Virus record (IMG/VR): IMGVR_UViG_3300010376_000037
Span: 1 to 62,388 of that record
DNA length: 62,388 nt
Direction: 5' to 3' (one strand)
DNA from: a virus
Taxonomy: Duplodnaviria; Caudoviricetes
Position 1 is the first letter of the stretch. Each line of letters starts with the position of its first letter. The translations under genes were made by a program, and so were the position numbers. Under the pieces are notes generated by a model, which saw only the letters and a program-made list of their open reading frames with translations, was not told the DNA's origin and did not search any database. Positions 17,906 through 27,855 of the stretch are shown here, in pieces.

Positions 17906-18661
17906 ATGAGTGAGACCCACGAAGCCCACCGCGAAGCGATTGCCCGGCGCATCCGCGCCTTGCTGAACCGCACCGAGGAAAACGGCTGCACCGAAGCGGA
18001 GGCGCTGGCGGCGGCGGAGAAAGCGCGTGCGTTGATGGACGCGCACCGGCTGTCGCAGTCGGATGTCGAGATCGAGGCTGAGCCGATCGCCGATGAATGG
18101 ATCGAGCGCGGCACTGAGTATCGGCTGACGCCGGCTGATAAGTGCCTGTGGGCGATCGACCACTACTGCGGCGTGAAGACGTGGTACCAGTTCAAGGAGA
18201 ACAGGAGGGGTGCCTGGGCCCGCCATGTCCGCCTGCTCGGGCTCAAGAGCGACGTCGAGATGGCGGTGTATCTCTACAGGCTGATCGAGCGCGCGATCGA
18301 GACCGAGTCCGAAAGGTACAATCGTCGCTACGGGCCCACGGCCACGCCGCACGGCACGCTGCGGCGCAACACCAGCTTCCGCGTCGGCATGGCCAACCGC
18401 ATTGCTTCGCGGCTGAAGGCGATGGCTGATGCGCTGGAGGCCACAACGGTGACCGGCAGCGGCACTGCGCTTGTGGTGGTACGTGGCCACGTGGTGGATG
18501 CCGCGCTCGATCGCCTGGGCATCCGCTTCAGCGGCAGCCTGTCGGGACCGCGTGCCCGCGACCGTGACGCCTACGACGCCGGCCACGCGGCGGGTGACCG
18601 GGTCAACCTGAGCCGCCCGGTCGGCGGGGCGGCCACTGGCCGCATCGGGAGGGGGGCGTGA
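17906..18661 (+). CDS. DUF2786-like protein
   Basis: RIRALLNRTEENGCTEAEALAAAEKARALMDAH; C-terminal AYDAGHAAGDRVNL. Confidence 0.75.
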   Translation: MSETHEAHREAIARRIRALLNRTEENGCTEAEALAAAEKARALMDAHRLSQSDVEIEAEPIADEWIERGTEYRLTPADKCLWAIDHYCGVKTWYQFKENRRGAWARHVRLLGLKSDVEMAVYLYRLIERAIETESERYNRRYGPTATPHGTLRRNTSFRVGMANRIASRLKAMADALEATTVTGSGTALVVVRGHVVDAALDRLGIRFSGSLSGPRARDRDAYDAGHAAGDRVNLSRPVGGAATGRIGRGA

Positions 18662-18993
18662 GCCCCCAGCCTCCCGGCCCCTACGCTGACCTGGGGCCGC
18701 CGATCGATCCGGAGCAGCACGACCGGCCGCCGCTGCGGATCGTGCGGATCAGCGAGCTGAGCGAGCGCAACGGGCTCGGCGAGACGGTGTTCCTGGTCAC
18801 CGCGATCGGCCCGCACAGCAAGGAAGAAATGCAGCTTATCGTTACAATTAATCCACGAACTGGCGCGATCACGCGGTCGGCGATCAACCTCCGCCAGGGC
18901 GGCGGATTTATTACCGCGGACCCGGAGCTGCTGCCGGGCAACTTGGCGGATATTTTGAAAAGTATTGCGACCGATCCGAGGCCTGCACCTTGA
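18658..18993 (+). CDS. Hypothetical protein
   Basis: GTGA coupling. Confidence 0.55.
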   Translation: MSPQPPGPYADLGPPIDPEQHDRPPLRIVRISELSERNGLGETVFLVTAIGPHSKEEMQLIVTINPRTGAITRSAINLRQGGGFITADPELLPGNLADILKSIATDPRPAP

Positions 18994-19018
18994 CAAGATA
19001 GGCTCGGATAGCTAGTTA
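18990..19018 (+). promoter_or_regulatory. Putative sigma70 promoter
   Basis: TTGACA-17-TAGTTA upstream of a GTATCCCATG leader. Confidence 0.5.
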
Positions 19019-19045
19019 TGAGAACGCAACACAGGGGCGTATCCC

Positions 19046-19222
19046 ATGACCGAAACCCGCTACACCGTCACCTCCAAGACCGGCCCGAAGGGCAGCGTCA
19101 CCGGCTATGTCGTGCGCGAGATCGACGGCGACATCATCGCGATCTTCAACAACCGCGACTGGCCGTCATGGCGCATTGCCAGGGCGAAGGCCTACGCGCT
19201 GTTCGCGAAGTTGGAGGGCTGA
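19046..19222 (+). CDS. Hypothetical protein (58 aa)
   Basis: Manual translation MTETRYTVTSKTGPKG...ALFAKLEG; conserved leader. Confidence 0.7.
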   Translation: MTETRYTVTSKTGPKGSVTGYVVREIDGDIIAIFNNRDWPSWRIARAKAYALFAKLEG

Positions 19223-19225
19223 GCG

Positions 19226-19405
19226 ATGACCAACGCACAACTCTCTGCCCTCGTCCGCGTCTCCGACGCCGCCGACAGCGTGAGCCGGGTCATCCGGCAA
19301 GCGCAGATCTCGACGCACCAGCTAGAGCTGCCGCCTGAGGTGTTGCGGCTGCTGATCGAGGCGCAGCAGGCGCTGTTCGCCGCGCAGCGCGTGATGGAGG
19401 GCTGA
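19226..19405 (+). CDS. Hypothetical protein (59 aa)
   Basis: Manual translation MTNAQLSALVRV...QRVMEG; RBS GGAGG. Confidence 0.65.
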   Translation: MTNAQLSALVRVSDAADSVSRVIRQAQISTHQLELPPEVLRLLIEAQQALFAAQRVMEG

Positions 19406-19408
19406 GCG

Positions 19409-20890
19409 ATGGCTGACATTACCCTCCGCCCGTATCAGGTCATCGACATCGAGCGGCTGCGCGATGCGTTCCGCCAGGGCGCCCGCGCGCCGCTCTACCA
19501 GCTCAGCACGGGCGGCGGGAAGACCGTGGTGTTCAGCCACGTGATCCGCTCCGCAATCGCTAAGGGCACCCGGGTGCTGGTCCTCGCCCACCGCCGCGAA
19601 CTGATCAAGCAGGCCTCCCGCAAGCTCGATGACCTCGGCGTGGCGCACGGCATCATCGCCGCCGACCTCGACCGCGACCACGACGCGCAGGTGATCGTCG
19701 CCTCGATCCAGACCGTCGCGCGTAGACTCCACACGCTGCCGCAGTTCGGGCTGATCGTGATCGACGAGGCGCACCACGCGGTCGCCGATACGTGGTCCAG
19801 TCTGCTGGCCACCCAGGACAACGCCCGGCTGCTCGGGGTCACCGCGACGCCGCAGCGGCTCGACGGCAAGGGCTTAGGCACGCACTGCGGCGGGCACTTC
19901 GACGCGATCGTCTGCGGCCAGGCGATGCAGACGCTGGTGGACGAGGGTTACCTCGCGCCGACCAAAGTGTTCATCCCCAGCGCCACGATCGACACCACCG
20001 GCCTGCGCACCGTCCGCGGGGACTGGGACGAGGGCGAGCTGGAGGAGCGGGCGGCGGGGGTGACCGGCGACGCGGTGGCGGAGTTCCAGGCGCTGCCCGA
20101 GGGCACCACGGCGATGGTGTTCTGCGTCACCGTGGCGCACGCCGAGCAGGTCGCGGCGATGTTCGCGGCCGCCGGCTACCGCGCCCGCTGCGTGCACGGC
20201 GGCATGTCGAAAGCCGAGAGAGACGCGGCAATTCAAGGGCTTAGCGACGGCGGGACGCAGGTCCTCACCTCGTGCGAGATCATCAGCGAAGGCCTCGACG
20301 TGCCGAGCGTCGGCTGCTGCATCCTGCTGCGCCCCACCAAGAGCCTGACAATGTGCCTGCAGCAGATCGGCCGCGGCATGCGGCCTGCCCCCGGTAAGAC
20401 GTTGATAGTATTGGACCATGCCAAGAACTGCGTCGCCCACGGCCTGCCCACCGAGGAGCGCGACTGGAGCCTGGACGGGGCGAAGAAGAAGGCCGGCGAG
20501 GTCACCCCGCCGCAGCCCTGGCCGTGCATCCAGTGCCACACGCTGAACGCGGCGAACCGCCGCGAGTGCTCGGAGTGCGGCGAGGCCAAGCCGTGGAGCT
20601 GCAAGCACTGCGGCTGCCTGAACCGGGCGCGCTGGGACAGCTGCTTCGAATGCGACGCGCCGAAGCCACAGCCGCGGCAGGTGCTGGAGATGGACGACGC
20701 GCCGATGCGTGAGCTGCAGCCGGCCGACAAGTTCGCCCGGATCACCCGGCTGACCTACACCCAGCTGCTGAAGCACCGTCGCACCGAGGAGGAGCTGCGG
20801 GCCTACGCCAAGGCGCGCGGGTTCAAACCCGGCTGGGTCTGGCATCGCTTGCAGGAGCAGAAGCAGAAATTCAGCACCGGGGCCCGTTAG
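19409..20890 (+). CDS. SF2 DEAH-box helicase with C-terminal zinc ribbons
   Basis: LRPYQ, STGGGKT, DEAHH, TAT, EGLDVP, QQIGRGMR and repeated CxxC pairs. Confidence 0.92.
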   Translation: MADITLRPYQVIDIERLRDAFRQGARAPLYQLSTGGGKTVVFSHVIRSAIAKGTRVLVLAHRRELIKQASRKLDDLGVAHGIIAADLDRDHDAQVIVASIQTVARRLHTLPQFGLIVIDEAHHAVADTWSSLLATQDNARLLGVTATPQRLDGKGLGTHCGGHFDAIVCGQAMQTLVDEGYLAPTKVFIPSATIDTTGLRTVRGDWDEGELEERAAGVTGDAVAEFQALPEGTTAMVFCVTVAHAEQVAAMFAAAGYRARCVHGGMSKAERDAAIQGLSDGGTQVLTSCEIISEGLDVPSVGCCILLRPTKSLTMCLQQIGRGMRPAPGKTLIVLDHAKNCVAHGLPTEERDWSLDGAKKKAGEVTPPQPWPCIQCHTLNAANRRECSECGEAKPWSCKHCGCLNRARWDSCFECDAPKPQPRQVLEMDDAPMRELQPADKFARITRLTYTQLLKHRRTEEELRAYAKARGFKPGWVWHRLQEQKQKFSTGAR

Positions 20891-21108
20891 GCCCCGCCAT
20901 CGCGGCGCGGCGGCGGCGGCACCTTCATCGCCTTCAGCCCTTCCTCCAGCACGATCTTGATCTGCGTGCTGAGGGGGCGCCGATGCTTCGCCGCCAGCAT
21001 GCGCAGCGTGGCCATGAATGCCCGCTCCAGGCGCAGCGTCGTCACGTCATAGACCGGCGGAGGTTTTGCCATCACATGGTTTGTGGTGATGTCTATTGAC
21101 ATCGCCAC
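20887..21108 (-). CDS. Arc-like ribbon-helix-helix regulator
   Basis: TTLRLERAFMATLRMLAAKHRRPLSTQIKIVLEEGL. Confidence 0.65.
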   Translation of the reverse strand: MAMSIDITTNHVMAKPPPVYDVTTLRLERAFMATLRMLAAKHRRPLSTQIKIVLEEGLKAMKVPPPPRRDGGA

Positions 21109-21145
21109 CCCATAGCATCATAGGCTGGCAGCAGCAACCGGAACC

Positions 21146-22081
21146 GTGATGCGCCACGAAGTCCACCCCGCCTGTGCCGCTTGGCCGCGCCCGTCCGAGG
21201 CGAAGTTTCAGGTGTTGGTGGCGGACATCCACAGGAATGGTCTGCTGAACCCGATGTGGCTGACCCCGGACGGCCTGATGCTGGACGGCAAGACCCGCGA
21301 GGAGGCCTGCGAGCAGCTTGGCATCGAGGGGCGTTACCTGACCTATACCGGCGACGACCCGATCGCCTTCGTGATCTCACAGAACAAGGTGCGCCGGCAC
21401 GTTACTGAGGTTGAGCTGGCGTTCGTCGGCGAAGAGCTGGCGACCCTCAAGCAGGGCCGACCAAGTAAACTTTCTCGCGAGAAACTTTTAAGTGAAACCG
21501 CCGAACAAGTCGCTGAGCAACTTGGGATACACAAGCTGCTGATCAGTAACGTCCGCACACTGAAGCGAGAAGGCGAGCCGAATATTATTGCGCTGGTGCG
21601 CAGCGGCAAAGTCGGCATCAAGAACGCGACGCCATACGTCTTGCACACGCCGCGCGAGGAACAGCGCAGTGCCGACGCCGAGACGGTCAAGAAAGAGGGC
21701 GCGCTGCTGCGCACACCGAAGAAAAACAAGCCCCGCATCACGATCAGCGGCAGCGACGCGGTCGGCGGGGCCAACGAGCGACTGATCGCCGTGGATACGG
21801 TGATCAAGATACTCCGCCCACTGGTGAGAGAGGTCAAAGATCAGGCGAGCCGTCACCCTGCCACGGTCAGTTTCACTGCCCTGCACAGGCTCGGTTCGTA
21901 CTTCGACCAGATCTTCAAGGCGTGGGCGAGTGGCGACGATGCGGCGGTTCGGCGGATTTCCGAGCATCTCGCCCGTGCAGAAATCCGCAAGGAGACCGGG
22001 TACTATGCTGCAAGCAGCAACCCCGACGATCCGACTGGCGAACAGCGAGACACGGGATCTTACCCCGCAACTCGCCGCTGA
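21146..22081 (+). CDS. ParB/Srx-like N-terminal domain protein with HTH
   Basis: HPAC..LVADIHRNGLLNPM..LDGKTR..FVISQNKVRRH. Confidence 0.7.
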   Translation: MMRHEVHPACAAWPRPSEAKFQVLVADIHRNGLLNPMWLTPDGLMLDGKTREEACEQLGIEGRYLTYTGDDPIAFVISQNKVRRHVTEVELAFVGEELATLKQGRPSKLSREKLLSETAEQVAEQLGIHKLLISNVRTLKREGEPNIIALVRSGKVGIKNATPYVLHTPREEQRSADAETVKKEGALLRTPKKNKPRITISGSDAVGGANERLIAVDTVIKILRPLVREVKDQASRHPATVSFTALHRLGSYFDQIFKAWASGDDAAVRRISEHLARAEIRKETGYYAASSNPDDPTGEQRDTGSYPATRR

Positions 22082-22889
22082 GTTCGCCACCATGGCCGCG
22101 TCGATCACCGAGCGTGATCTCGACAAGACGCGGATCGCCAAGCTGAAGGACAAGGTGCTGGGAGGCACCGCGCTGTCGTTCATCTGGGCCACTGCCACCG
22201 TGCTGGCAACGGGCGAGAAGTTCCGGGTCAACGGACACCACTCCTCCAACATGCTGGCGAGCCTCGACGGGGCGTTCCCGAAGGGGCTGAAGGCGCATGT
22301 CGACAACTACGAAGTGCCCGAGCTGAAGGATCTCGCGCTGCTGTTCCGGCAGTTCGATTTCCGCGGTTCGGCGCGGAGTATCGGCGACATCGCCGGGGCG
22401 TATCAGATGCTGGTCCCCGAGTTGCAGGACGTGCCGAAGCCGCGCGCCCGCAAGGCGATCGAGGGGGCGAACTGGTATCTGAAGAAGATCGTCGGCAGCA
22501 ACGTGCCGCGTGGCGACGATCTCTACGACATGTTCAACCAGAGTGAGTACCACAGCTTCATTCACATGGTCGGACGCATCTACACGCCGAAGACGGCGGA
22601 GTTCACCCTGCCGGTGATCGGCGCGATGTACGGGACGTTCGACGTCTCTCCGGACGACGCCGAGACGTTCTGGCACGACGTCGCGCACGAGGGCGGCGGC
22701 AACGAGGAGAAGCACCCGACCACGGTGCTCGACGCGTGGCTGCTCGCCAACGCCGAGTCGAAGGACAAGGCGCCGGAGATGGCGGTTTACCGGGCGTGCG
22801 TCATGGCGTGGAACGCTTACCGCAAGCGGGCCAGCCTGGACCGGATCTCCCGCTACGATCCGAAGAAGGGCATCCCCGACCTGAACTGA
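22005..22889 (+). CDS. Hypothetical protein, possibly divergent ParB/Srx (DGQHR-like) family
   Basis: RBS AAGGAG; LTPQLAAEF..VNGHH motif. Confidence 0.6.
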   Translation: MLQAATPTIRLANSETRDLTPQLAAEFATMAASITERDLDKTRIAKLKDKVLGGTALSFIWATATVLATGEKFRVNGHHSSNMLASLDGAFPKGLKAHVDNYEVPELKDLALLFRQFDFRGSARSIGDIAGAYQMLVPELQDVPKPRARKAIEGANWYLKKIVGSNVPRGDDLYDMFNQSEYHSFIHMVGRIYTPKTAEFTLPVIGAMYGTFDVSPDDAETFWHDVAHEGGGNEEKHPTTVLDAWLLANAESKDKAPEMAVYRACVMAWNAYRKRASLDRISRYDPKKGIPDLN

Positions 22890-22906
22890 CGCCGATGGAC
22901 TGACTC

Positions 22907-22941
22907 AAACCGCCTCTCATGCGCGAGGGGCGGTTTTTCTT
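22907..22941 (+). terminator. Rho-independent terminator
   Basis: AAACCGCCTCTC-loop-GAGGGGCGGTTT followed by TTCTT. Confidence 0.75.
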
Positions 22942-23097
22942 TGCCGCCAGCTGTCGGCCTGCCGGCGCCAACATCCTGGTTTTCCTCAGGAAACTTCTGT
23001 GACGGCCTGGGCGCGTCGGCGCAATGATGTTACCCTGCGTGTCCGTTTGCCTGACGATCCAGTTATCCACAGTCACAACCAGTCGTAGGAACCAGCA

Positions 23098-23889
23098 ATG
23101 GCAGCAGTAAATGTCACCCTCGTCGGGACGTTCACGAGTGCCGATGGCAACGCGGTCGGCGGCACGTTCTCAGGCTCGATGCACTACACGGACATCGGCG
23201 TCGGCGGCGGCCCGGTAGTGCCTCCGCTGGGCATCTGGGGGCCGACTGACCCGCGGCCCACGCCGCCGATCTATCTGCCGCCGGGCGGCGGCCAGCCCCC
23301 CGGTGGCGGTGGTGGTCAGCCGCCGCTCGGCATCTGGGGCGGGCCGTACTTCCCTCCGGGCATCTGGGGCCCGACCGATCCCAGGCCGACGCCGCCGATC
23401 TACCTCCCGCCGGCCGGCGGCGGTGGCCAGCCACCGGGAGGTGGTGCGCCGGGCGTGCCGACCTTCCCGATCTGGGGCCCGCCGGGGTTCAACCCGCCGG
23501 GGCCGGGCTATCCGCCGGGCATCGGCGGCGGTCCGATCTATCCGCCGAGTGGTGGCGGCGGACCTCCTGGCACGCCGACCTTCCCGATCTGGGGGCCGCC
23601 CGGGATGCCGGTGCCGCCGGGCCCGGGCTATCCACCGGTCGCCGGCCACCCGCTGCCCCTGCCGCCGCTGCCGGGGGGTCCGATCGATCCGCCGCCGGGC
23701 GGTGGTCAGCCGCCGGCAACCGGTGACACTGGTGGCTGGGAATGGGCTTTCAGCCCGGGCCAGGGCTGGCACGTGGCGTGGGTGCCGGGCGACAAGCCGC
23801 AGCCGATCCCGCCGCCGGACGCCGGACAGCCGCCCGACCAGCCGCTGCCCGACCCGGGCGCACCGCACGTCGAGCCGTACCAGCGTTAA
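23098..23889 (+). CDS. Pro/Gly-rich repeat protein
   Basis: RBS AGGA; repeated IWGP, PTDPRPTPPIYLPP and PTFPIWGPPG units. Confidence 0.75.
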   Translation: MAAVNVTLVGTFTSADGNAVGGTFSGSMHYTDIGVGGGPVVPPLGIWGPTDPRPTPPIYLPPGGGQPPGGGGGQPPLGIWGGPYFPPGIWGPTDPRPTPPIYLPPAGGGGQPPGGGAPGVPTFPIWGPPGFNPPGPGYPPGIGGGPIYPPSGGGGPPGTPTFPIWGPPGMPVPPGPGYPPVAGHPLPLPPLPGGPIDPPPGGGQPPATGDTGGWEWAFSPGQGWHVAWVPGDKPQPIPPPDAGQPPDQPLPDPGAPHVEPYQR

Positions 23890-24069
23890 CAGCCCTACGG
23901 GGCTCGTACACGGCGCCACGCTCTGGCCGCTCCTTGGGGGCGGCCAGACTGCTGTACGCCGTCTGGCGGGCTCCTGGGCGGTCTGGCGGGGGTGCTAGCA
24001 ACCCCCGCCTACTCCGCTAGGGCGATGCTCTCTTGGTATGCGGTTAACGTGGCCACTCTGGCAGATCCC

Positions 24070-24291
24070 TCAGGGGCCGCCCACGGTGCCGGTGCTGCCG
24101 AGCACGAGCACGCCGAGGAACGCCACGGCGTAGGCCACCAGCATCGCCACCCCGAGGCCGAGGTGGCCGGTGCCGATCGCCCAGGCGCTGAGGTAGCCCC
24201 AGCCGAGCGAGCCGAAGCCGAGCACGATCTCGAACCAGACGCGCGCCGCCAGCCCGTGCAGGGCGGTCCACCAGCTCACGGCTTGAGCCAT
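24070..24291 (-). CDS. Small membrane protein
   Basis: Two hydrophobic segments. Confidence 0.5.
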   Translation of the reverse strand: MAQAVSWWTALHGLAARVWFEIVLGFGSLGWGYLSAWAIGTGHLGLGVAMLVAYAVAFLGVLVLGSTGTVGGP

Positions 24292-25196
24292 TCGGGCAGC
24301 ATCTCTGGGTCAACGTCAGCCCGGTGGGTGCGGCAGGTCCAGACCTGCTTCGGCACCAGCGGCGGCCCGAAGCCGAACCATGCCTTGGACGAGCCGCAGA
24401 CGACGCAGCGTCGGGCGTTGTATCCCGCCATCGCACGATCTTTCGCGGCCCGCTGCTCAGCGGTGAGCGGTGGTGGCATGCGCCAGCGAGCAGTTCCCTG
24501 TGCGCGACGTTTGCGTTCCTCCTCGGCCCGCGCCCTAGCCTCAGCTGCCAAGTCATCCAGCAGCTTGCGATCGACTTCAGCTTGGCGTGGATGGAACACC
24601 CAGCTGCGCTCTGCCCGCGTTAGGACTAGCTCGCGATAGTGGTCCTCGCTGACGTAGCGGTGCATACGCAGATGTATCTCGATTGTCGCCAGTCGCAGCT
24701 CGCTTAGTCGCGCTAGCTTTTGCTCATCGACCCGGTGTTCGACATAGATCTCGATCGCTAGGGGCATGCCCGACACCGTAGCCAGGACATCAGGAACAAC
24801 ACCCGGAAGGTTTTTGGCCTCCCCCTGGAGGTCCGTCAGCGCGAGCCGCTGGGGCTCTATGGCAGGCCTCACCGGCCTGCCTTGAGGGTCTTTGGCATAG
24901 AGCGGCGGCGCCATTACCCAAGCCGCATCTAGGATGATCTCCTTTGCTGCCCGATGGAGGCCGGTCTCGGGGCCGTAGCGACAATCGCCCGGGCCAGCCG
25001 TGTGCGCGAAGTGCCAGCGGTTGCGTTCGCCCTGACGGGCGGTCAGCGGCTTACCGCATTCGGCGCAGACACACCCCGAGGCATGCCCACGCACGGCGTG
25101 GTCGATATGGATCATGCGGCCGGTTGCGAGGTGCAACCCGTAGGGAATTTGGACTTCGCCGGCAGAAGGTGGCGAGGTAGGGACATCGTCAGTCAT
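24276..25196 (-). CDS. CoiA-like zinc-finger plus PD-(D/E)XK nuclease
   Basis: CAECG..WHFAH..ETGLHRAAK..VVPDVL..AIEIYVEH. Confidence 0.75.
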   Translation of the reverse strand: MTDDVPTSPPSAGEVQIPYGLHLATGRMIHIDHAVRGHASGCVCAECGKPLTARQGERNRWHFAHTAGPGDCRYGPETGLHRAAKEIILDAAWVMAPPLYAKDPQGRPVRPAIEPQRLALTDLQGEAKNLPGVVPDVLATVSGMPLAIEIYVEHRVDEQKLARLSELRLATIEIHLRMHRYVSEDHYRELVLTRAERSWVFHPRQAEVDRKLLDDLAAEARARAEEERKRRAQGTARWRMPPPLTAEQRAAKDRAMAGYNARRCVVCGSSKAWFGFGPPLVPKQVWTCRTHRADVDPEMLPEWLKP

Positions 25197-25442
25197 CGCG
25201 GGCGGTTCCTTCGCTCGTGGTGGTCAGGGCCGGTCGGGTGTGGCGCACCCGGTCGGCCCGTCATTGTCAGCACAGCGTGCGCGGTGGTCCAGGGACTAAA
25301 ACCAAGGCGCGCCCGTCCGAGACGGGGCGCGCCGTTTATAGGTTTACCTATAGGCACCGTGTGTGTGACTTCGTTTCAGTAACCTTTTCAATATGTTACC
25401 ACAGGCACCGTCAGGCACCGTGTAGCAATGTGTGTGGATTGC

Positions 25443-26744
25443 TCATGCATCACTTTTGGTGTCTGAGGATTGAGTTATCGGCATGAGTTCTACGTAGCGA
25501 TTGGTCCGGTGGTAGGCCAGTTTTCCGGTGGCCAGCAATCGGTCCATTGCTCGCTTGTATTCGGGCTTACTGAATGTCTTGCCATCTGGTCTCGCGGCGA
25601 ACACGGCTGGCGCGTAGCGCGAGGGCTGGTTAGCGCTGTCATTGACATAACCGCCGATCTTGAAGACCGCATCGAGCAGCGCGAGGAACTTCTCCTCACA
25701 CGCGGCATTCCGCTCTGGCCCACGGGCTCTGACTTTCTCTGAGTCCAGCGCTGCTGTTGTGAACACACCACGCTCGCAGACCAGATCCAACGCCCTCCCG
25801 GGCGGCGCGTAGTTCGACTTCCACAGCGTCAGCAGCCGGTCTTTGGTGTCCGGCGGTGGTTTGCCGTCTTCGGCGTTCTCCTGGTCCGGCTTGGTCAGCG
25901 CGATGCGCGCCCTGACGCCACCCTCCCAGCCGGTCGAGCCACTTTCCATGCGTCCGCTGGCGCGACCGCGTGCGGAGGGGTGGGCGGTGATCGCGATGCC
26001 ACACTTCCGGCCGATCGAGATCGCGTCGAGCTTGCGCAGGAAGCGCGACACCTGCCGGCGGTCGATCTCCGATCCGCCGAAGAAGTGCGGCGCGGTATCG
26101 AGACAGGCAAACGCAGCACCCTCCTGCTCGATCTTCATATCGAACCGCTTCAGCGCGCGGCCCTCCAGCATCCGGTTTTGTTCGAACGTCACGAACTCCA
26201 GGTCGTCGTAGCCGACCAGACTGGCGAAGTGGAAATCGCGAAACTCGCCGAGAAGCATCCCGTAGTGCTCGGCGATGCGCGACGCGCGGCGCGCGATTTC
26301 GGTCTCAGTATCCTCGCAGAACAGTCCGAACACCGGCAGGCGCTCCAGCTGGTATCCCATGAAAACAAGGCCCTCGGAGAGTGCCATCAGCAGCTGGATG
26401 AGGAAGTCCGTTTTGTTGACGCCGGGCGGCCCGTAGATGCCGGTGACCTGTTCGCGGGGTATCCAGTCGGGCACCACCCAGAGGCGATCGGGGATCTCTC
26501 TGTCGTCCCAGTCGGACAGCCGGCGGTCGAGCCACGGGATGTCTGGCAGCTCGTGCTTATCGATGTCATCCGGCTCACGCCCTTGCGCCTCCCCGAGCTG
26601 GGCCTCCGGATCGTGTCCGTTCCCCTTGCCGTTCAGCTTCGCCTTGCGCTTGGCTTGGCCCGATCGATCGAATCCTGCAGTTCCTGGCGTCATCACGCCG
26701 TCGATGTTTACGTAGCCGTCGCCCGCCTTTGGTCGCTGGCTCAC
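25443..26744 (-). CDS. RepA-like (AAA_25) replicative helicase
   Basis: YGPPGVNKT Walker A, CED, ACLD, TAHPS..SGSTGW, KSNY; GTG start coupled to the upstream stop. Confidence 0.85.
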   Translation of the reverse strand: MSQRPKAGDGYVNIDGVMTPGTAGFDRSGQAKRKAKLNGKGNGHDPEAQLGEAQGREPDDIDKHELPDIPWLDRRLSDWDDREIPDRLWVVPDWIPREQVTGIYGPPGVNKTDFLIQLLMALSEGLVFMGYQLERLPVFGLFCEDTETEIARRASRIAEHYGMLLGEFRDFHFASLVGYDDLEFVTFEQNRMLEGRALKRFDMKIEQEGAAFACLDTAPHFFGGSEIDRRQVSRFLRKLDAISIGRKCGIAITAHPSARGRASGRMESGSTGWEGGVRARIALTKPDQENAEDGKPPPDTKDRLLTLWKSNYAPPGRALDLVCERGVFTTAALDSEKVRARGPERNAACEEKFLALLDAVFKIGGYVNDSANQPSRYAPAVFAARPDGKTFSKPEYKRAMDRLLATGKLAYHRTNRYVELMPITQSSDTKSDA

Positions 26745-27076
26745 ACCGCACCGCCGAACAGCTCTGGCGCGGGCGCCTCGGGTTCCTCCAGCGGGACGCT
26801 GATGTGGTTGCGTTCCAGCCACTCGCCCCAGCCGGCGGCCTCGGCCTCGGCGATCGCCTGCACCAGCCGCTCGGCCATGTCGTCCTCGAACGCGTACCAT
26901 CGCGTCGCCGACAGGTGGCCGCCGCCGTGCCGCAGGGCGTAGCGCAACAGCACGCCGAGGGCATCGCCGTAGCTCTGCACTCCGGCCGCAACGCAGCGCG
27001 CTTCGGCGACGCAGAGGCGGCTGAGGCTGGGGCCGATGTAGTGCCAGAAGTGCCGGTCGAACCCCTGGTGCGTCAT
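26741..27076 (-). CDS. Hypothetical protein
   Basis: Coupled to the helicase gene. Confidence 0.6.
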   Translation of the reverse strand: MTHQGFDRHFWHYIGPSLSRLCVAEARCVAAGVQSYGDALGVLLRYALRHGGGHLSATRWYAFEDDMAERLVQAIAEAEAAGWGEWLERNHISVPLEEPEAPAPELFGGAV

Positions 27077-27405
27077 CGTACCGCACCGCACACAAGTGCG
27101 CGCGGGGGTAATCCTGTGGATAATTTGTATTGCTGTTGTCCCTTGATTCGGGACGCCTGAGCGTTTACGCGCAGTAGAACCATTGCGATCTCCTCACAGG
27201 TCGCAGTTGGGCTACGCGGCGTCGGGTCTGGATCACCTGACGCCGCACCTATTTCGGGCCCTCTGGACAGGGCGAACCCCCGGCATACGCCATGTGTGAG
27301 CCAGGGATCAACCATGGCCCGGGCGGGTTCTCGGGTAATATTCTTACATTATGCGGTAACACTCCATGTGGTATATTGTCCCAGTGACGGCCACTACATG
27401 ATGTT

Positions 27406-27717
27406 ATGCATGCATACCGATCGCTGTATCTGGCGTGGCTTGCACTACTCCTGCTTTCGGGGGACGCGGTGCTGGCGGATGTCGATCTGATCGAGTTGCA
27501 GGGGCCGGGCGGGCATCAGAAGATCTATGTGAACCCGGTAGAGATCACGAGCGTGCGAGAGCCGCGCGGGGTCGACCAGGGGCACTGGGCGCGGGGGACT
27601 CAGTGCCTGCTGGTGATGACCAACAAAAACTTCATCGCGGTGAGTGATACCTGCGACGCGGTGCGGCTGAAGATCCGGGCGCTCTATCCGCCGCACCAGC
27701 CGGGGGTGCCGTATTGA
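27406..27717 (+). CDS. Small exported protein
   Basis: Signal-peptide-like start, then LIELQGPGGHQKIYVNPVEITSVREP. Confidence 0.6.
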   Translation: MHAYRSLYLAWLALLLLSGDAVLADVDLIELQGPGGHQKIYVNPVEITSVREPRGVDQGHWARGTQCLLVMTNKNFIAVSDTCDAVRLKIRALYPPHQPGVPY

Positions 27718-27855
27718 GGGGGACGACCATGCCGATGACCAGTGTCGAACAGCTGCTGTCCGACATCGCCGACTACGGCGAGCAGCTGCTGCGCAACCGG
27801 CCGGACGCGCAGACCGAGCTGAACGGCCTGTTGCAGGCAGGGCAGCACCCATCGG

